Of a stretch of DNA of 64,000 bases, positions 50,294 through 59,133 are shown piece after piece. The notes under the pieces were generated by a model. The model was not told the DNA's origin. It saw only the letters and a list, made by a program, of their open reading frames with translations, and searched no databases. The stretch comes from Candidatus Lustribacter sp. (GTDB lineage Bacteria; Vulcanimicrobiota; Vulcanimicrobiia; Vulcanimicrobiales; Vulcanimicrobiaceae). The position numbers and the translations under genes were made by a program. The DNA lies in the NCBI GenBank assembly GCA_965277805.1, contig OZ255842.1, forward strand, positions 2,304,001 to 2,368,000, read 5' to 3'. Every line of letters begins with the position of its first letter. Position 1 is the first letter of the stretch.

Positions 50294-51268
50294 CTACCGC
50301 GGGCACCACTCCGCATCGATATACTTATCCACATCCGCCGGCGTCGACTTCGTCTGCCCGGTATCATGCATCATCGCCAAATCCGCTTGCATCCCCGGCT
50401 TCATGACACAATAATTCGTCGGAAAATCCCGCACCTTGACGACGTACTCGTTATACGCATCGCCCGCCTCATACGCCGAAACGTTCGTGGCCTTCTCCAA
50501 AATCGCAAGCGCATCGGCCTTATTCGCCGGATCGGCCAGCCACCGGCTCGCCTCCGCCATCGCCTTCAAATATCCGCGCATCGCCGCCGGATTCTTCACG
50601 GCCCAATCCCGCCGCACCGCCGTAATACTCAACTGCAAATATTTATAATAATCCGGCGTGAACGCGAGCGCATGGAACCCGCTCTCCGCAAGTTTCGTAT
50701 CCTGCGGCGCCGCAAAGAGCCCAGCCTGAACCGCCCCGCCGGCCACTGCCGCATAGCGCTGATTCTGCCCGCCGCCGTACACGAGATCAACGTCCTTATC
50801 CGGATCGAGCCCGCCCTTGCGAATGATCTGCTTGATTACGAGCGTGTACAACTCGATCGGCGACACCGCGGCGACGTGCTTCCCCGCGAGATCCTTGACG
50901 GTTTTCACCGACCCCGGCACCATCAAGTGATACGGCATGCGGTCGGCGCCCGAGCCCGTCGCAACGACTCCCGCGCCCTTGTCGATTCCGAGGATCAGCT
51001 GCGTCGCCGGCGTGAGCGCAACATCAACGGATCCGCCGATGAGCGCCGGCACGATCGCGACCGGATCGAGCGCGATGAGTTGCACGTCCAGCCCTTCGCG
51101 TGCAAAGAAGCCGCGCGATTCGGCGATGAAGTGCGGCCAGTTCTGCGCCGTGATCGAGGGAGTGGCAAAGCGGATCACCGTCTTGGCCGGCGTGTCGGCC
51201 GATGCGCGCGCGCCGAGCAGGGCGATCGCAGCCGCAGCGATCGTCAGGACACGTCGAGCGCCGTTCAC
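50294..51268 (-). CDS. NitT/TauT-family substrate-binding protein (GQNQR/2-Cys subfamily)
   Basis: GFFAREGLDV, YGGGQNQRYAA, LAFTPDY, DAEWCPR; GTG at 51268 overlaps the Rieske stop. Confidence 0.85.
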   Translation of the reverse strand: MNGARRVLTIAAAAIALLGARASADTPAKTVIRFATPSITAQNWPHFIAESRGFFAREGLDVQLIALDPVAIVPALIGGSVDVALTPATQLILGIDKGAGVVATGSGADRMPYHLMVPGSVKTVKDLAGKHVAAVSPIELYTLVIKQIIRKGGLDPDKDVDLVYGGGQNQRYAAVAGGAVQAGLFAAPQDTKLAESGFHALAFTPDYYKYLQLSITAVRRDWAVKNPAAMRGYLKAMAEASRWLADPANKADALAILEKATNVSAYEAGDAYNEYVVKVRDFPTNYCVMKPGMQADLAMMHDTGQTKSTPADVDKYIDAEWCPR

Positions 51269-52407
51269 TTGGGTTCGAGTTCGTCCGTCAAGTGGAATTG
51301 AGTCAGCGGTTTGCCCTCGGCCAAGGCCGCCAACTCGCGCCGCCAAAGCTTGCGGAAATGCGCCTCCGCGATGTCGGAGCTCCCCAAATGCTCGTCTTCG
51401 CGCGTCGAGACCGGCCCCTGCGCAACCTGAGCGACGTAATCCTCAACCGCTTCGATGTGCGTGCGATCCTTGATATCGCGCAGGCGCAACGTCCCCGCCA
51501 GCACCTGTTCGGCCAGCACCGGAATCACCGAGCGGTCGTAAAAACTCGCCGTACGCCCCGCAAGAATCTTCTCCGCCGCTTCACCCGTAACCGGAATCAG
51601 TGTGACGCGGTACGTCACGTGGCTCTCATCGTCGATCGGCACCCGGAACGAAACGTGCAGCGAATGTGCGACGCCCTTTGCCATGTTGATCGCCCGCGGC
51701 ACGATGTATCCGACGTTGGGCATGATCTTGTGCGCGACGTTTTCCTTGGCGTCGTTCGGCCAGCGCGAATACGCGGTATGCCCCCACGGCGTATCTTCAA
51801 CCCGCACTTCGGGCACACCGGTGATGCCCTTCTCCTCCATCAGGTCCCGATGGACGAAGCTGAAGTGCAGCGCGGAATTCTCGAGCGAGAAGAAATAGTT
51901 CGCCGGCATCACGTCGACCGTCACGTCGCGAATGCCATCCCGCTCCATCGCCTTGAAGCGCCACATCGGCGGCGGCTCGCCCTCGCCGAAATAGACGAAG
52001 ATCAAGCCCAGGTATTCTTCGGTCGGATATCCGTCGATGTTCAGCGCCGGCGTCGCGCGCGCTTTTTCCGACGGTCGCTCGATCACTTGACCCTTCGGAT
52101 CGAACACCCAGCCGTGATAGAAACAGCGGATGCAGCTGCCTTCGACAAAGCCGACGCTCAGTTGGGCTCCGCGATGCGAACAGCGGAAGCCGACCGCATG
52201 CGCGACGCCGTCTTCATCGCGGTAGAGCGTGAAGTCTTGGCTCATGATCTTCACGGGCTTGGCATCGCCCGTCTCGAGATCTTCCGAACGGTACACCGGC
52301 TGCCAGAAGGTGCGCATGTAACGCCCCGCGATCGTCCCGGGCGCGGTATGCACGAATGCGTTCTTGTGAACGCGGACTTCCTCGGTCGAGTGGAGCTCGA
52401 TAGCCAT
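51265..52407 (-). CDS. Rieske oxygenase alpha subunit (LigX-like, divergent)
   Basis: PGT.AGRYMR.FWQPV, CSHRG, CFYHGW, ENSALH...VH, RVPIDD, ED.VAQ..QG, EHLG.SD. Confidence 0.88.
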   Translation of the reverse strand: MAIELHSTEEVRVHKNAFVHTAPGTIAGRYMRTFWQPVYRSEDLETGDAKPVKIMSQDFTLYRDEDGVAHAVGFRCSHRGAQLSVGFVEGSCIRCFYHGWVFDPKGQVIERPSEKARATPALNIDGYPTEEYLGLIFVYFGEGEPPPMWRFKAMERDGIRDVTVDVMPANYFFSLENSALHFSFVHRDLMEEKGITGVPEVRVEDTPWGHTAYSRWPNDAKENVAHKIMPNVGYIVPRAINMAKGVAHSLHVSFRVPIDDESHVTYRVTLIPVTGEAAEKILAGRTASFYDRSVIPVLAEQVLAGTLRLRDIKDRTHIEAVEDYVAQVAQGPVSTREDEHLGSSDIAEAHFRKLWRRELAALAEGKPLTQFHLTDELEPK

Positions 52408-52410
52408 TGG

Positions 52411-53529
52411 TTACGATTTCCCCGCAAGTTCGAGCGTGGTGACGTGTTCGGCGCCGTAATACGCGCCGCTGAAGCCGCATGATTTCAGGACAACCGCATC
52501 AGCGATATCGCGCAAGAACTTGATGTCCTTTTGCGGCCGCCCGGTTTCGTAGCCCGGATCGTGAAAGTACCCGCGTTCGAGCAGCTCTGCCCGCACGCGT
52601 TCGTAACGCTCGCGATCGTCCGGCGAGAGCCCGAAGTCGTAGCCGTGCGCGGCAGCGGTCACGTTTGCCAGCGCCAGCATCTGCGCGGACATGTGAATGT
52701 CGCGCACGTTGTACGAGCACACGATCAGGTCGACGACGCGCCGCAGCGGGAAGGCTCCTTCTTGGCTCGCGCGCAGCGCGCTTGCGAGCATCGCAAAGGC
52801 CTTCGCTTTCGTCTCAACCGCGACGCCGGTGAACGGGCTATGCGGCGACCAGCCGACCCGCGGCGTCCAGCGCCGGTGCTCGGTCTCGATGAGGCCTCCG
52901 GCGGCATCGTACCGCTCGACGCAGACAACGGCCGTCTCGACGCCCTCAACAAATCCAAGCGAACGGGCGATGTCCGCGATCTCGGAATGCGGGAGATTTC
53001 CGCTCGCAACCATCGCCATGCGCTTGTCGTGATGATTTGCAACGTCGTGCGTCAGCGCGTGCACGATCGCGTCGTTGCCGGCAACCCTCGCGGATCCCGA
53101 CCACGCAGCGCCGGCAAATACGATGCGCGTGAGGGCAATCGTCCCCTTCGCGCTGCGGTTCAGCAGCAGCGAACCGTCGAAGAGCACCTCGCCCGCCGTC
53201 TGCGGCAACCCGCCGTAGCCTTTGACCGCCTCCCAACGTCCGTCGAGCGAGCGGATACGTGCCGGACCGGCCGGCCGCTTCGCAAACGCCGCGTCATCCT
53301 TCGGCACGAAACGCACCGAGATCGACGTCGGCGAGAGCACGACCGATGCGTTGCCGGCCGTACTCCATACCGGCGTCGCACGGCTCTCCGGAGCGACGTT
53401 GTCCTCGCGCGTGAACGTCGTATCGACGGGCTTAGAGGTGAAAACCTCGAGTTGCGCTGCACCGTCCAAGGCAGCGCGTTCTTCGACCGCGCGACCCGCG
53501 ATGCCGGTAGAAACTACATCCTGTGACAC
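52411..53529 (-). CDS. Protein of unknown function (paralog of 44586..45689)
   Basis: 372-aa ORF ending 3 bp before the Rieske start; shares motif blocks with 44586..45689. Confidence 0.85.
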   Translation of the reverse strand: MSQDVVSTGIAGRAVEERAALDGAAQLEVFTSKPVDTTFTREDNVAPESRATPVWSTAGNASVVLSPTSISVRFVPKDDAAFAKRPAGPARIRSLDGRWEAVKGYGGLPQTAGEVLFDGSLLLNRSAKGTIALTRIVFAGAAWSGSARVAGNDAIVHALTHDVANHHDKRMAMVASGNLPHSEIADIARSLGFVEGVETAVVCVERYDAAGGLIETEHRRWTPRVGWSPHSPFTGVAVETKAKAFAMLASALRASQEGAFPLRRVVDLIVCSYNVRDIHMSAQMLALANVTAAAHGYDFGLSPDDRERYERVRAELLERGYFHDPGYETGRPQKDIKFLRDIADAVVLKSCGFSGAYYGAEHVTTLELAGKS

Positions 53530-53553
53530 GCGCCTAGTCTAGCACCGGGCCCC

Positions 53554-54549
53554 TCAGAGCGCCAGGGTCGCCGCCGCGAACAGCTCCTCGGCATCGACGC
53601 GCCGGCTCGTGATGTGCTGTTCGTGCAGGTAGCGCAGCAGCGTATCCAGTTCTTTGCGCGACCGGCGCACGCTGTATGGCCACGGATCGACCGCGACGGC
53701 ATCGCGCACGCTCTTCGCGACGATCCCGGCACCGACGTACGGGCCGAGCCCGTCGACCAAGCGTCGCAGCACGCGCTCCGTTGCGGCATTGAACGCATCG
53801 ACGATGTTCAACGCCGCCCACGGGTAACGCTCGAGCACCGAGCGGCGCACCACGACGGTATGGTTCACCGGATACATGCCGGTCGCCGCGTGATAACGGA
53901 TCGCTTCCGCTGCAACGTCCGGATAGAGCGTGCGCACGCGCGAATCGGCGTGCAAATCGGCGCGGCTGCGGTCGACCAGATTGCGCGCGGTGATGTAGTG
54001 AAAGAGCACGTCGAGTTCGCCGTCGAGCAGCATCCGGTCGAGGCTCTTGTCCGGCGCGAGAAACGAAAAGCGCAGATCCGCCGGTGGAACGAAACCGAGT
54101 GCGCCGCCGAGCGAGCGATCCGCCTCGCGTTCCATCACCCACGTCAGGTCGCTCGGCTGCACGCCGTATTCATCCGCGAGCACGCCCCGCGCCCACACCA
54201 CCGAGGTTTGAATGTAATCCGGCACGCCCGCGCGCATACCGCGCAGATCGGCCGGCGTTTGGATTCCGGCATCGGCCCGCACCAGCAACTGCGTGTGATA
54301 GAACCGGCGCAACGTGAATACCGGCAGGGCGACCCAATCGGATTTTCCGTCGGCCACGAGGCACGAGAGCGCCGAGAGTGACATCTCCGAGACGTCGAAC
54401 TCGCCGAACTCGAGTTGCCGCCAGAACATTTCGGCAGATTCCATCGGGCTTAGTCGCAGCGTGATGCCGGCAGGAGCAACGCTGCCGTCGAGCAGCGGCC
54501 GCGTCCGTTCGTTCACCGTGAACGCCGCCGAGAGCTCGATGTTGCTCAA
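53554..54549 (-). CDS. 4,5-dihydroxyphthalate decarboxylase-like protein
   Basis: EMFWRQL...EFDVSEMSLS, GVPDY.QT..VW.RG.L.DEYGV, YPVNHTVVVR, DPWPY. Confidence 0.8.
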   Translation of the reverse strand: MSNIELSAAFTVNERTRPLLDGSVAPAGITLRLSPMESAEMFWRQLEFGEFDVSEMSLSALSCLVADGKSDWVALPVFTLRRFYHTQLLVRADAGIQTPADLRGMRAGVPDYIQTSVVWARGVLADEYGVQPSDLTWVMEREADRSLGGALGFVPPADLRFSFLAPDKSLDRMLLDGELDVLFHYITARNLVDRSRADLHADSRVRTLYPDVAAEAIRYHAATGMYPVNHTVVVRRSVLERYPWAALNIVDAFNAATERVLRRLVDGLGPYVGAGIVAKSVRDAVAVDPWPYSVRRSRKELDTLLRYLHEQHITSRRVDAEELFAAATLAL

Positions 54550-55526
54550 CGTCCGGCGTCCCGCAGGTACGTCGCGTCGAAAACATCACCGATCGGCGGT
54601 ACGGTCGTGATCGCACCGGCCGCGCGAATGTCTTCACCCATCGCGAGAAAATCGCGGCTGAGGTTAACGCGGTCGTTGATGTCGAACACGTGCAGTTGGG
54701 TGAAGTCGAGGTCGTAGGCCTTCGCCGCCGTCGTCGCCGCGATGTTCGTGGCCGTCACGAGCGCCGCGACGGTTTCGGCCTTGTGCGTGTACCCGAACTG
54801 CACCGCGCGCTTGAGCGCCCGCACGAAATGCACCACAGCGGCGCGGTTCGCAGCCGCCCACTTCGTGTTCACGGCAAATGCGGTATCGGCCCACGGCGTC
54901 AACGTTTTGGCTCCGCTATCGAGCCGGTGGAAGCCCTTCTCTTCGGCCAGAATGTCGAACGGCTGCGAGAGCACGGTCGCCTGCACCGTGCCGGACATCA
55001 GCGCATCGAAGCGGGAGCTGCTGCTGGCCGAGGTGTAGACCGTGAAGTCGCTGCGCTGCAGCTGGTGCATCGCTGCCATTTTGAAGAACGAGAGCGAAGA
55101 GACGTCCTGCGGCGAGCCGAGCGTGACCGACTTTCCTTTCAGGTCGGGCCAACTATTTATACCCGCTGACACCAGCACCGTGTAGGGATTGGGACCAAAT
55201 TCAGGCGCCACGATCTTGATCGGTAACCCGTGCGCGACCGCGGCGATCTCGATGTCGCTCCCGTCGAGCCCGATGTTCGCATCGGACGTCGCAAGGACGT
55301 TGATCGTCGCCACGTTGCTCCCGCTTAGCACGGGCGTGACCTTCAGCCCCTCGTCGCTGAAGAAGTTCTGCGCGAGCGCGATGTACACGGGCCAATTACC
55401 GCTCCCCGGCGCGTTCATTGCCAGAGAAATGGGAACCGGCGTCTGCGTCTGCGCGTTCGCGCGTGCGACGAGCGATATCGTGCAGCATAGTGCAAGCGCG
55501 AACGAGCGAAATCCAAAGCGATCCAT
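54546..55526 (-). CDS. NitT/TauT-family ABC substrate-binding protein
   Basis: Signal peptide, FF.DEGL.V, DLKGK, R..AL.SG.V.A..L.QPF. Confidence 0.85.
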   Translation of the reverse strand: MDRFGFRSFALALCCTISLVARANAQTQTPVPISLAMNAPGSGNWPVYIALAQNFFSDEGLKVTPVLSGSNVATINVLATSDANIGLDGSDIEIAAVAHGLPIKIVAPEFGPNPYTVLVSAGINSWPDLKGKSVTLGSPQDVSSLSFFKMAAMHQLQRSDFTVYTSASSSSRFDALMSGTVQATVLSQPFDILAEEKGFHRLDSGAKTLTPWADTAFAVNTKWAAANRAAVVHFVRALKRAVQFGYTHKAETVAALVTATNIAATTAAKAYDLDFTQLHVFDINDRVNLSRDFLAMGEDIRAAGAITTVPPIGDVFDATYLRDAGR

Positions 55527-55561
55527 GGCGCTCGCCTACGCGGGGCGCCCGGCGAACTCCC

Positions 55562-56437
55562 CTAGACGCGCTCCGCGTGCGGAACCGCGACGTCACGCTC
55601 CCACGTACGATGCTGCGGATCGCGCACGTCGACGCTGAACGATCCGACCTGCTCGATCTCGATCGTCAGTTGGTCGCCGTCCATGATCGGGCCCAGCCCT
55701 TCGTGATGGGTACCGGTGGCAATGACGTCGCCCGGTTCGAGCGGCACAACCGCGGAGGCGGCTTCGATCAACTTCTCGATCGAGTTTGCCATCTCGGTCG
55801 TACGGAAATCGTGCTTGAGATTGCCGTTGACCCACTGCCGGATACGGAGATCCATCGGATTCGGCACCATGTCGGCCGTAACGAGGCCCGGCCCCATCGG
55901 GCCGAACGTCGCGAACGACTTGTGAATGTAGAAGCCCGAGCTCAGACCGCGCGCCGAGAAATCGATGAAGGCCGTGTAGCCGAACACGTACCGCATCGCG
56001 CCGGCGGCCGGCACGTTGTCGGCGCGCGTGCCGATCACGACCGCGAGTTCGGGCTCCGCATGAAACTCTTTCGCCTGATGCGCCGGCAGCACGATCGTAT
56101 CGCCGGCGCCGATAACCGAACCGCGCGCCTTCAGGAAGAAGTCCGGCGGAGCGTTGTTCTCACCGCGCCGTTCGCGTTCGTAATCGCGGTAATTGCGCGC
56201 CGCACACAGCAGCTGATCGGATTCCGGAACCGGCGCCCGCAAGCGCACCTCCGTAACCGGCACGCCGCCGCCGCCCGCAACGAGCGCATCGATCCGGCCG
56301 CGCAGCCCTTCGGCACGTTCGATGAAACTGCGCACGATCGCGAGCGGGCTCGCGCCCTCGACCAGGGCACTGATGTCGTACACGCGGTCGTTGACGCGGA
56401 CGCCCGGCACGTAGTCACCGAAGAACACGAACTCCAT
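55562..56437 (-). CDS. Fumarylacetoacetate hydrolase family protein
   Basis: NY, FFLK, EPELAVVIG, GYT...D.SAR, KSF.TFGP.GP, L.PGDVI.TGT. Confidence 0.9.
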   Translation of the reverse strand: MEFVFFGDYVPGVRVNDRVYDISALVEGASPLAIVRSFIERAEGLRGRIDALVAGGGGVPVTEVRLRAPVPESDQLLCAARNYRDYERERRGENNAPPDFFLKARGSVIGAGDTIVLPAHQAKEFHAEPELAVVIGTRADNVPAAGAMRYVFGYTAFIDFSARGLSSGFYIHKSFATFGPMGPGLVTADMVPNPMDLRIRQWVNGNLKHDFRTTEMANSIEKLIEAASAVVPLEPGDVIATGTHHEGLGPIMDGDQLTIEIEQVGSFSVDVRDPQHRTWERDVAVPHAERV

Positions 56438-56442
56438 TGCGG

Positions 56443-57672
56443 TCAGCGCACTCCCACGCCGCTCGGTGCGGCAGCTTCGACGAGATGGTAGAGGTTGTTG
56501 GCGTTGTCGCGACCGACTTTGCGCGCGAGACCCGGCTTGTGCAGCGTGTTTTCCTCGAGCGTCGTCAGCGAACGCGGCCAGGTGGTCATGTGGTGCGGAA
56601 AATCACTGCCCCACATGTAGTTGTTCTCGCCGTAGACGTCCGATGCCAGCATCAGCGCGCGATCGTCCTCAAAGCCGAAGAACACGTTCTCGCGCAGATA
56701 CTCGCTGGGCCAGCGCTTGTTTACGGTCTTTTCCCGGTCGTCCGCGGAGACGCGGCCGAAGTCGTAATCGATCACCTGAACGGTTGATGCGGCATCCCAG
56801 ACTTGGAATTCCGCGAGACCGATTTTCAGCGTGGGGTAGCGATCGAAGACGCCCGAGAAGATCAAGTTGCTCGCCATCTCCCACGCCGGGTGCGGACCGT
56901 ACGCCGGACCGCTCATGCCGTTGATGATGTACTTGCGCGGATCGTATTCGCGCTTGCCGTCGCCGTGCGCCGTGACGGGACGCCCCTGGCTCGCGCCCGA
57001 GTGCGCGCTCAGCGGTATGCCGAGCTCGACCGCGGTCTGCCACAACGGCTCGTACTTCGGGTCCCAGTAGCCGCTGCCGCCGATCGTCGTCGGGATGTGC
57101 ACCGTTTTCACCCCGCGGCCCACGTATTCGCGCATGTCCTTGACCGCCAGGTCGATGTCGAGGACCGAAATCAACGGGGCCGGGAAGAGCCGCTTCGGCG
57201 CATGGGCCGCAAACGTGTCGATGATCCACTCGTTGTACGAGCGGAAGATTCCGCGCTGCAGCACCGGATCGTCCTGCAAGTAGTTGAAGCGCGTCGCACT
57301 CGAGTAGATGATCGACGCCTCGACGTTGTCGCGGTCCATCGCCTTGATGTATTCGGCCGGATCCCAGCCGCCGCGGTTGGTCTCGTAACGGAAATTCTCG
57401 CGGAACTCCTTGGCCTTGATGCTGAAGGTCTCCGGATCGCTCCAAATCGTGTTGTCGCGATGGCCGGGCTTGTCGACGACGTAACCCATCGAAAAGTACG
57501 CCGACCGCATTGGCGGGAGGCCTTCCTGAATGATCCAGAGGCCCGGCTGCAAACCCGGCGGATCGAGCACCACGTACGGTGCACGATCGCCGAATTCGCG
57601 TTGCGCCCGAACCCAGGCGTCGGGATGTTCGCCGATGTGGCTGTCGGCCGAGATCAGTTTGAAATCGAGCAT
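56443..57672 (-). CDS. Amidohydrolase_2 family protein
   Basis: ISADSH..E, YNEW, PLW...E...P.S.H, SGVFDRYP.LK...AE, WGSDFPH. Confidence 0.85.
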   Translation of the reverse strand: MLDFKLISADSHIGEHPDAWVRAQREFGDRAPYVVLDPPGLQPGLWIIQEGLPPMRSAYFSMGYVVDKPGHRDNTIWSDPETFSIKAKEFRENFRYETNRGGWDPAEYIKAMDRDNVEASIIYSSATRFNYLQDDPVLQRGIFRSYNEWIIDTFAAHAPKRLFPAPLISVLDIDLAVKDMREYVGRGVKTVHIPTTIGGSGYWDPKYEPLWQTAVELGIPLSAHSGASQGRPVTAHGDGKREYDPRKYIINGMSGPAYGPHPAWEMASNLIFSGVFDRYPTLKIGLAEFQVWDAASTVQVIDYDFGRVSADDREKTVNKRWPSEYLRENVFFGFEDDRALMLASDVYGENNYMWGSDFPHHMTTWPRSLTTLEENTLHKPGLARKVGRDNANNLYHLVEAAAPSGVGVR

Positions 57673-57681
57673 AACGGTATC

Positions 57682-59016
57682 CTAGGCAGAGGCGGCCGCC
57701 GCATCGACGTCGGCAATGTCGGCCGTCATCGTGCGCGAGGCGATCCAGAAGAACAGCGCAGCGAAGAAGAAAAAGAAACTCGACGCGATCAAACCGTAGC
57801 GCAACGACTCTGCGCCCGCCGTCTTCGAGAACAGATCGCTGACGAAGCCGATAAACTGCTGGCCGAAGCCGACGCCGAAGAAGTTGAAGATCAACAGCCA
57901 GCACGCCGAGGCCGTCGCGCGTATCGACGGTAAGACGAGCGCTTGGAACGTGCTGAACGACGCGCCCAGGCAGAGCGAGTTGATCCCGCTGCCGATTGCG
58001 TAGAGCGCGATCGTCGCGCTCGCCGAGTACGACAGGAAGCCGATCGTCAGCAGAACGCCGGCGATGCAGGCCACGATCGCGGGCTGCCACAGATACCAGC
58101 GCTCGTCGTTGCGCGCGAGCCGGCGTACGAGATACCCGCCGGCCAGCGCGCCGATGCACGACAGCAAGCCGCTCGTCACGGCGAGCGTGGGACCGAGATT
58201 TTGCGGTTTCATCGCGTACGAGCGGATGAGGAACGACGGCATCCACGTGCCGATGCCGAAGCTGACGAAGCCGGTGCACGACTGCGCGATGACGAGCCAG
58301 CGGTACGTGCGGCTGTTCCAGAGCATCCGCACCGTCGCGCCGAACGTCGGCGCTACGCCCGTAACCGGCCGTTCGTCGGCGCCGCCGCGAACGGGTTCGC
58401 GCACGGTGAGGTACCAGATCCCCGCGAAAACCAAACCCGGGATACCGGCAACGAAGAACGCCGCTCGCCAGCCGTAGTGCCCGACCGTCCACCCGCCGAG
58501 CGCCAGCGCAACGAGGACGCCGGCCTGCGTCGCCATCGCCAAATATCCGAACGCGACCGGACGCTGTTTCTTCGGATAGTAATCGGCCAAGACCGAATAG
58601 AGCATCGGATTGCAGCCTGATTCACCAATCCCGACGCCGATGCGCGCGGAAAGAAACTGCACGAACGAGGTGGTCGCGCCCGAGAGCGTCGTCATCACGC
58701 TCCAGAACCCGAGCGACACCGCAAACACGCCGCGGCGCGACGTTGCATCGGCGAAACGTGCGATCGGAATCCCGAGCGTCGCGTAGAAAATCGCAAACGC
58801 GACGCCGCTCATGAACCCGAGTTGCGCATCGGTGAGGTGCATCTCGAGCTTGACCGGCTGCAGCACGAGGCCGATCATCTGCCGGTCCATGTAGCTGAAT
58901 CCGATGCCGATGCAGCACATGACCGCAACGAAGTTCCGGTAGGCGTCCGACGTTGCCCCGGAATGGGAAACGCCCACGGCGTCAGAGGGCCCGGGCATGG
59001 TGAGAGGTCGATCCAT
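57682..59016 (-). CDS. MFS transporter (spinster-like)
   Basis: YMDRQ......P.K....L.D.QLG...G.AF..FY...G.P.AR.AD, RIGVGIGE; ATG at 59016 after GGAG. Confidence 0.88.
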   Translation of the reverse strand: MDRPLTMPGPSDAVGVSHSGATSDAYRNFVAVMCCIGIGFSYMDRQMIGLVLQPVKLEMHLTDAQLGFMSGVAFAIFYATLGIPIARFADATSRRGVFAVSLGFWSVMTTLSGATTSFVQFLSARIGVGIGESGCNPMLYSVLADYYPKKQRPVAFGYLAMATQAGVLVALALGGWTVGHYGWRAAFFVAGIPGLVFAGIWYLTVREPVRGGADERPVTGVAPTFGATVRMLWNSRTYRWLVIAQSCTGFVSFGIGTWMPSFLIRSYAMKPQNLGPTLAVTSGLLSCIGALAGGYLVRRLARNDERWYLWQPAIVACIAGVLLTIGFLSYSASATIALYAIGSGINSLCLGASFSTFQALVLPSIRATASACWLLIFNFFGVGFGQQFIGFVSDLFSKTAGAESLRYGLIASSFFFFFAALFFWIASRTMTADIADVDAAAASA

Positions 59017-59114
59017 GTCACGCTCCACGGCGAAAGCCCGCGCTGAACGGGCCGGTGCTTGCCGCGAGCCTAGCACGCCCGGAAGGCCGGACTCATTCCA
59101 TTTCCGCGGCAGAC

Positions 59115-59129
59115 ATTCCGCGGTGGAAT
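59115..59129. promoter_or_regulatory. Putative LysR box ATTCC-N5-GGAAT upstream of the MFS-led operon
   Basis: Perfect 5-bp inverted repeat containing T-N11-A, between the LysR stop and the MFS start. Confidence 0.45.
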
Positions 59130-59133
59130 ATTC

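Noticed and set aside
40647-54549. Assigning the region to phthalate or 5,5'-dehydrodivanillate degradation
   Set aside because: Only family-level similarity; reductase and dihydrodiol dehydrogenase are missing, so the substrate cannot be inferred
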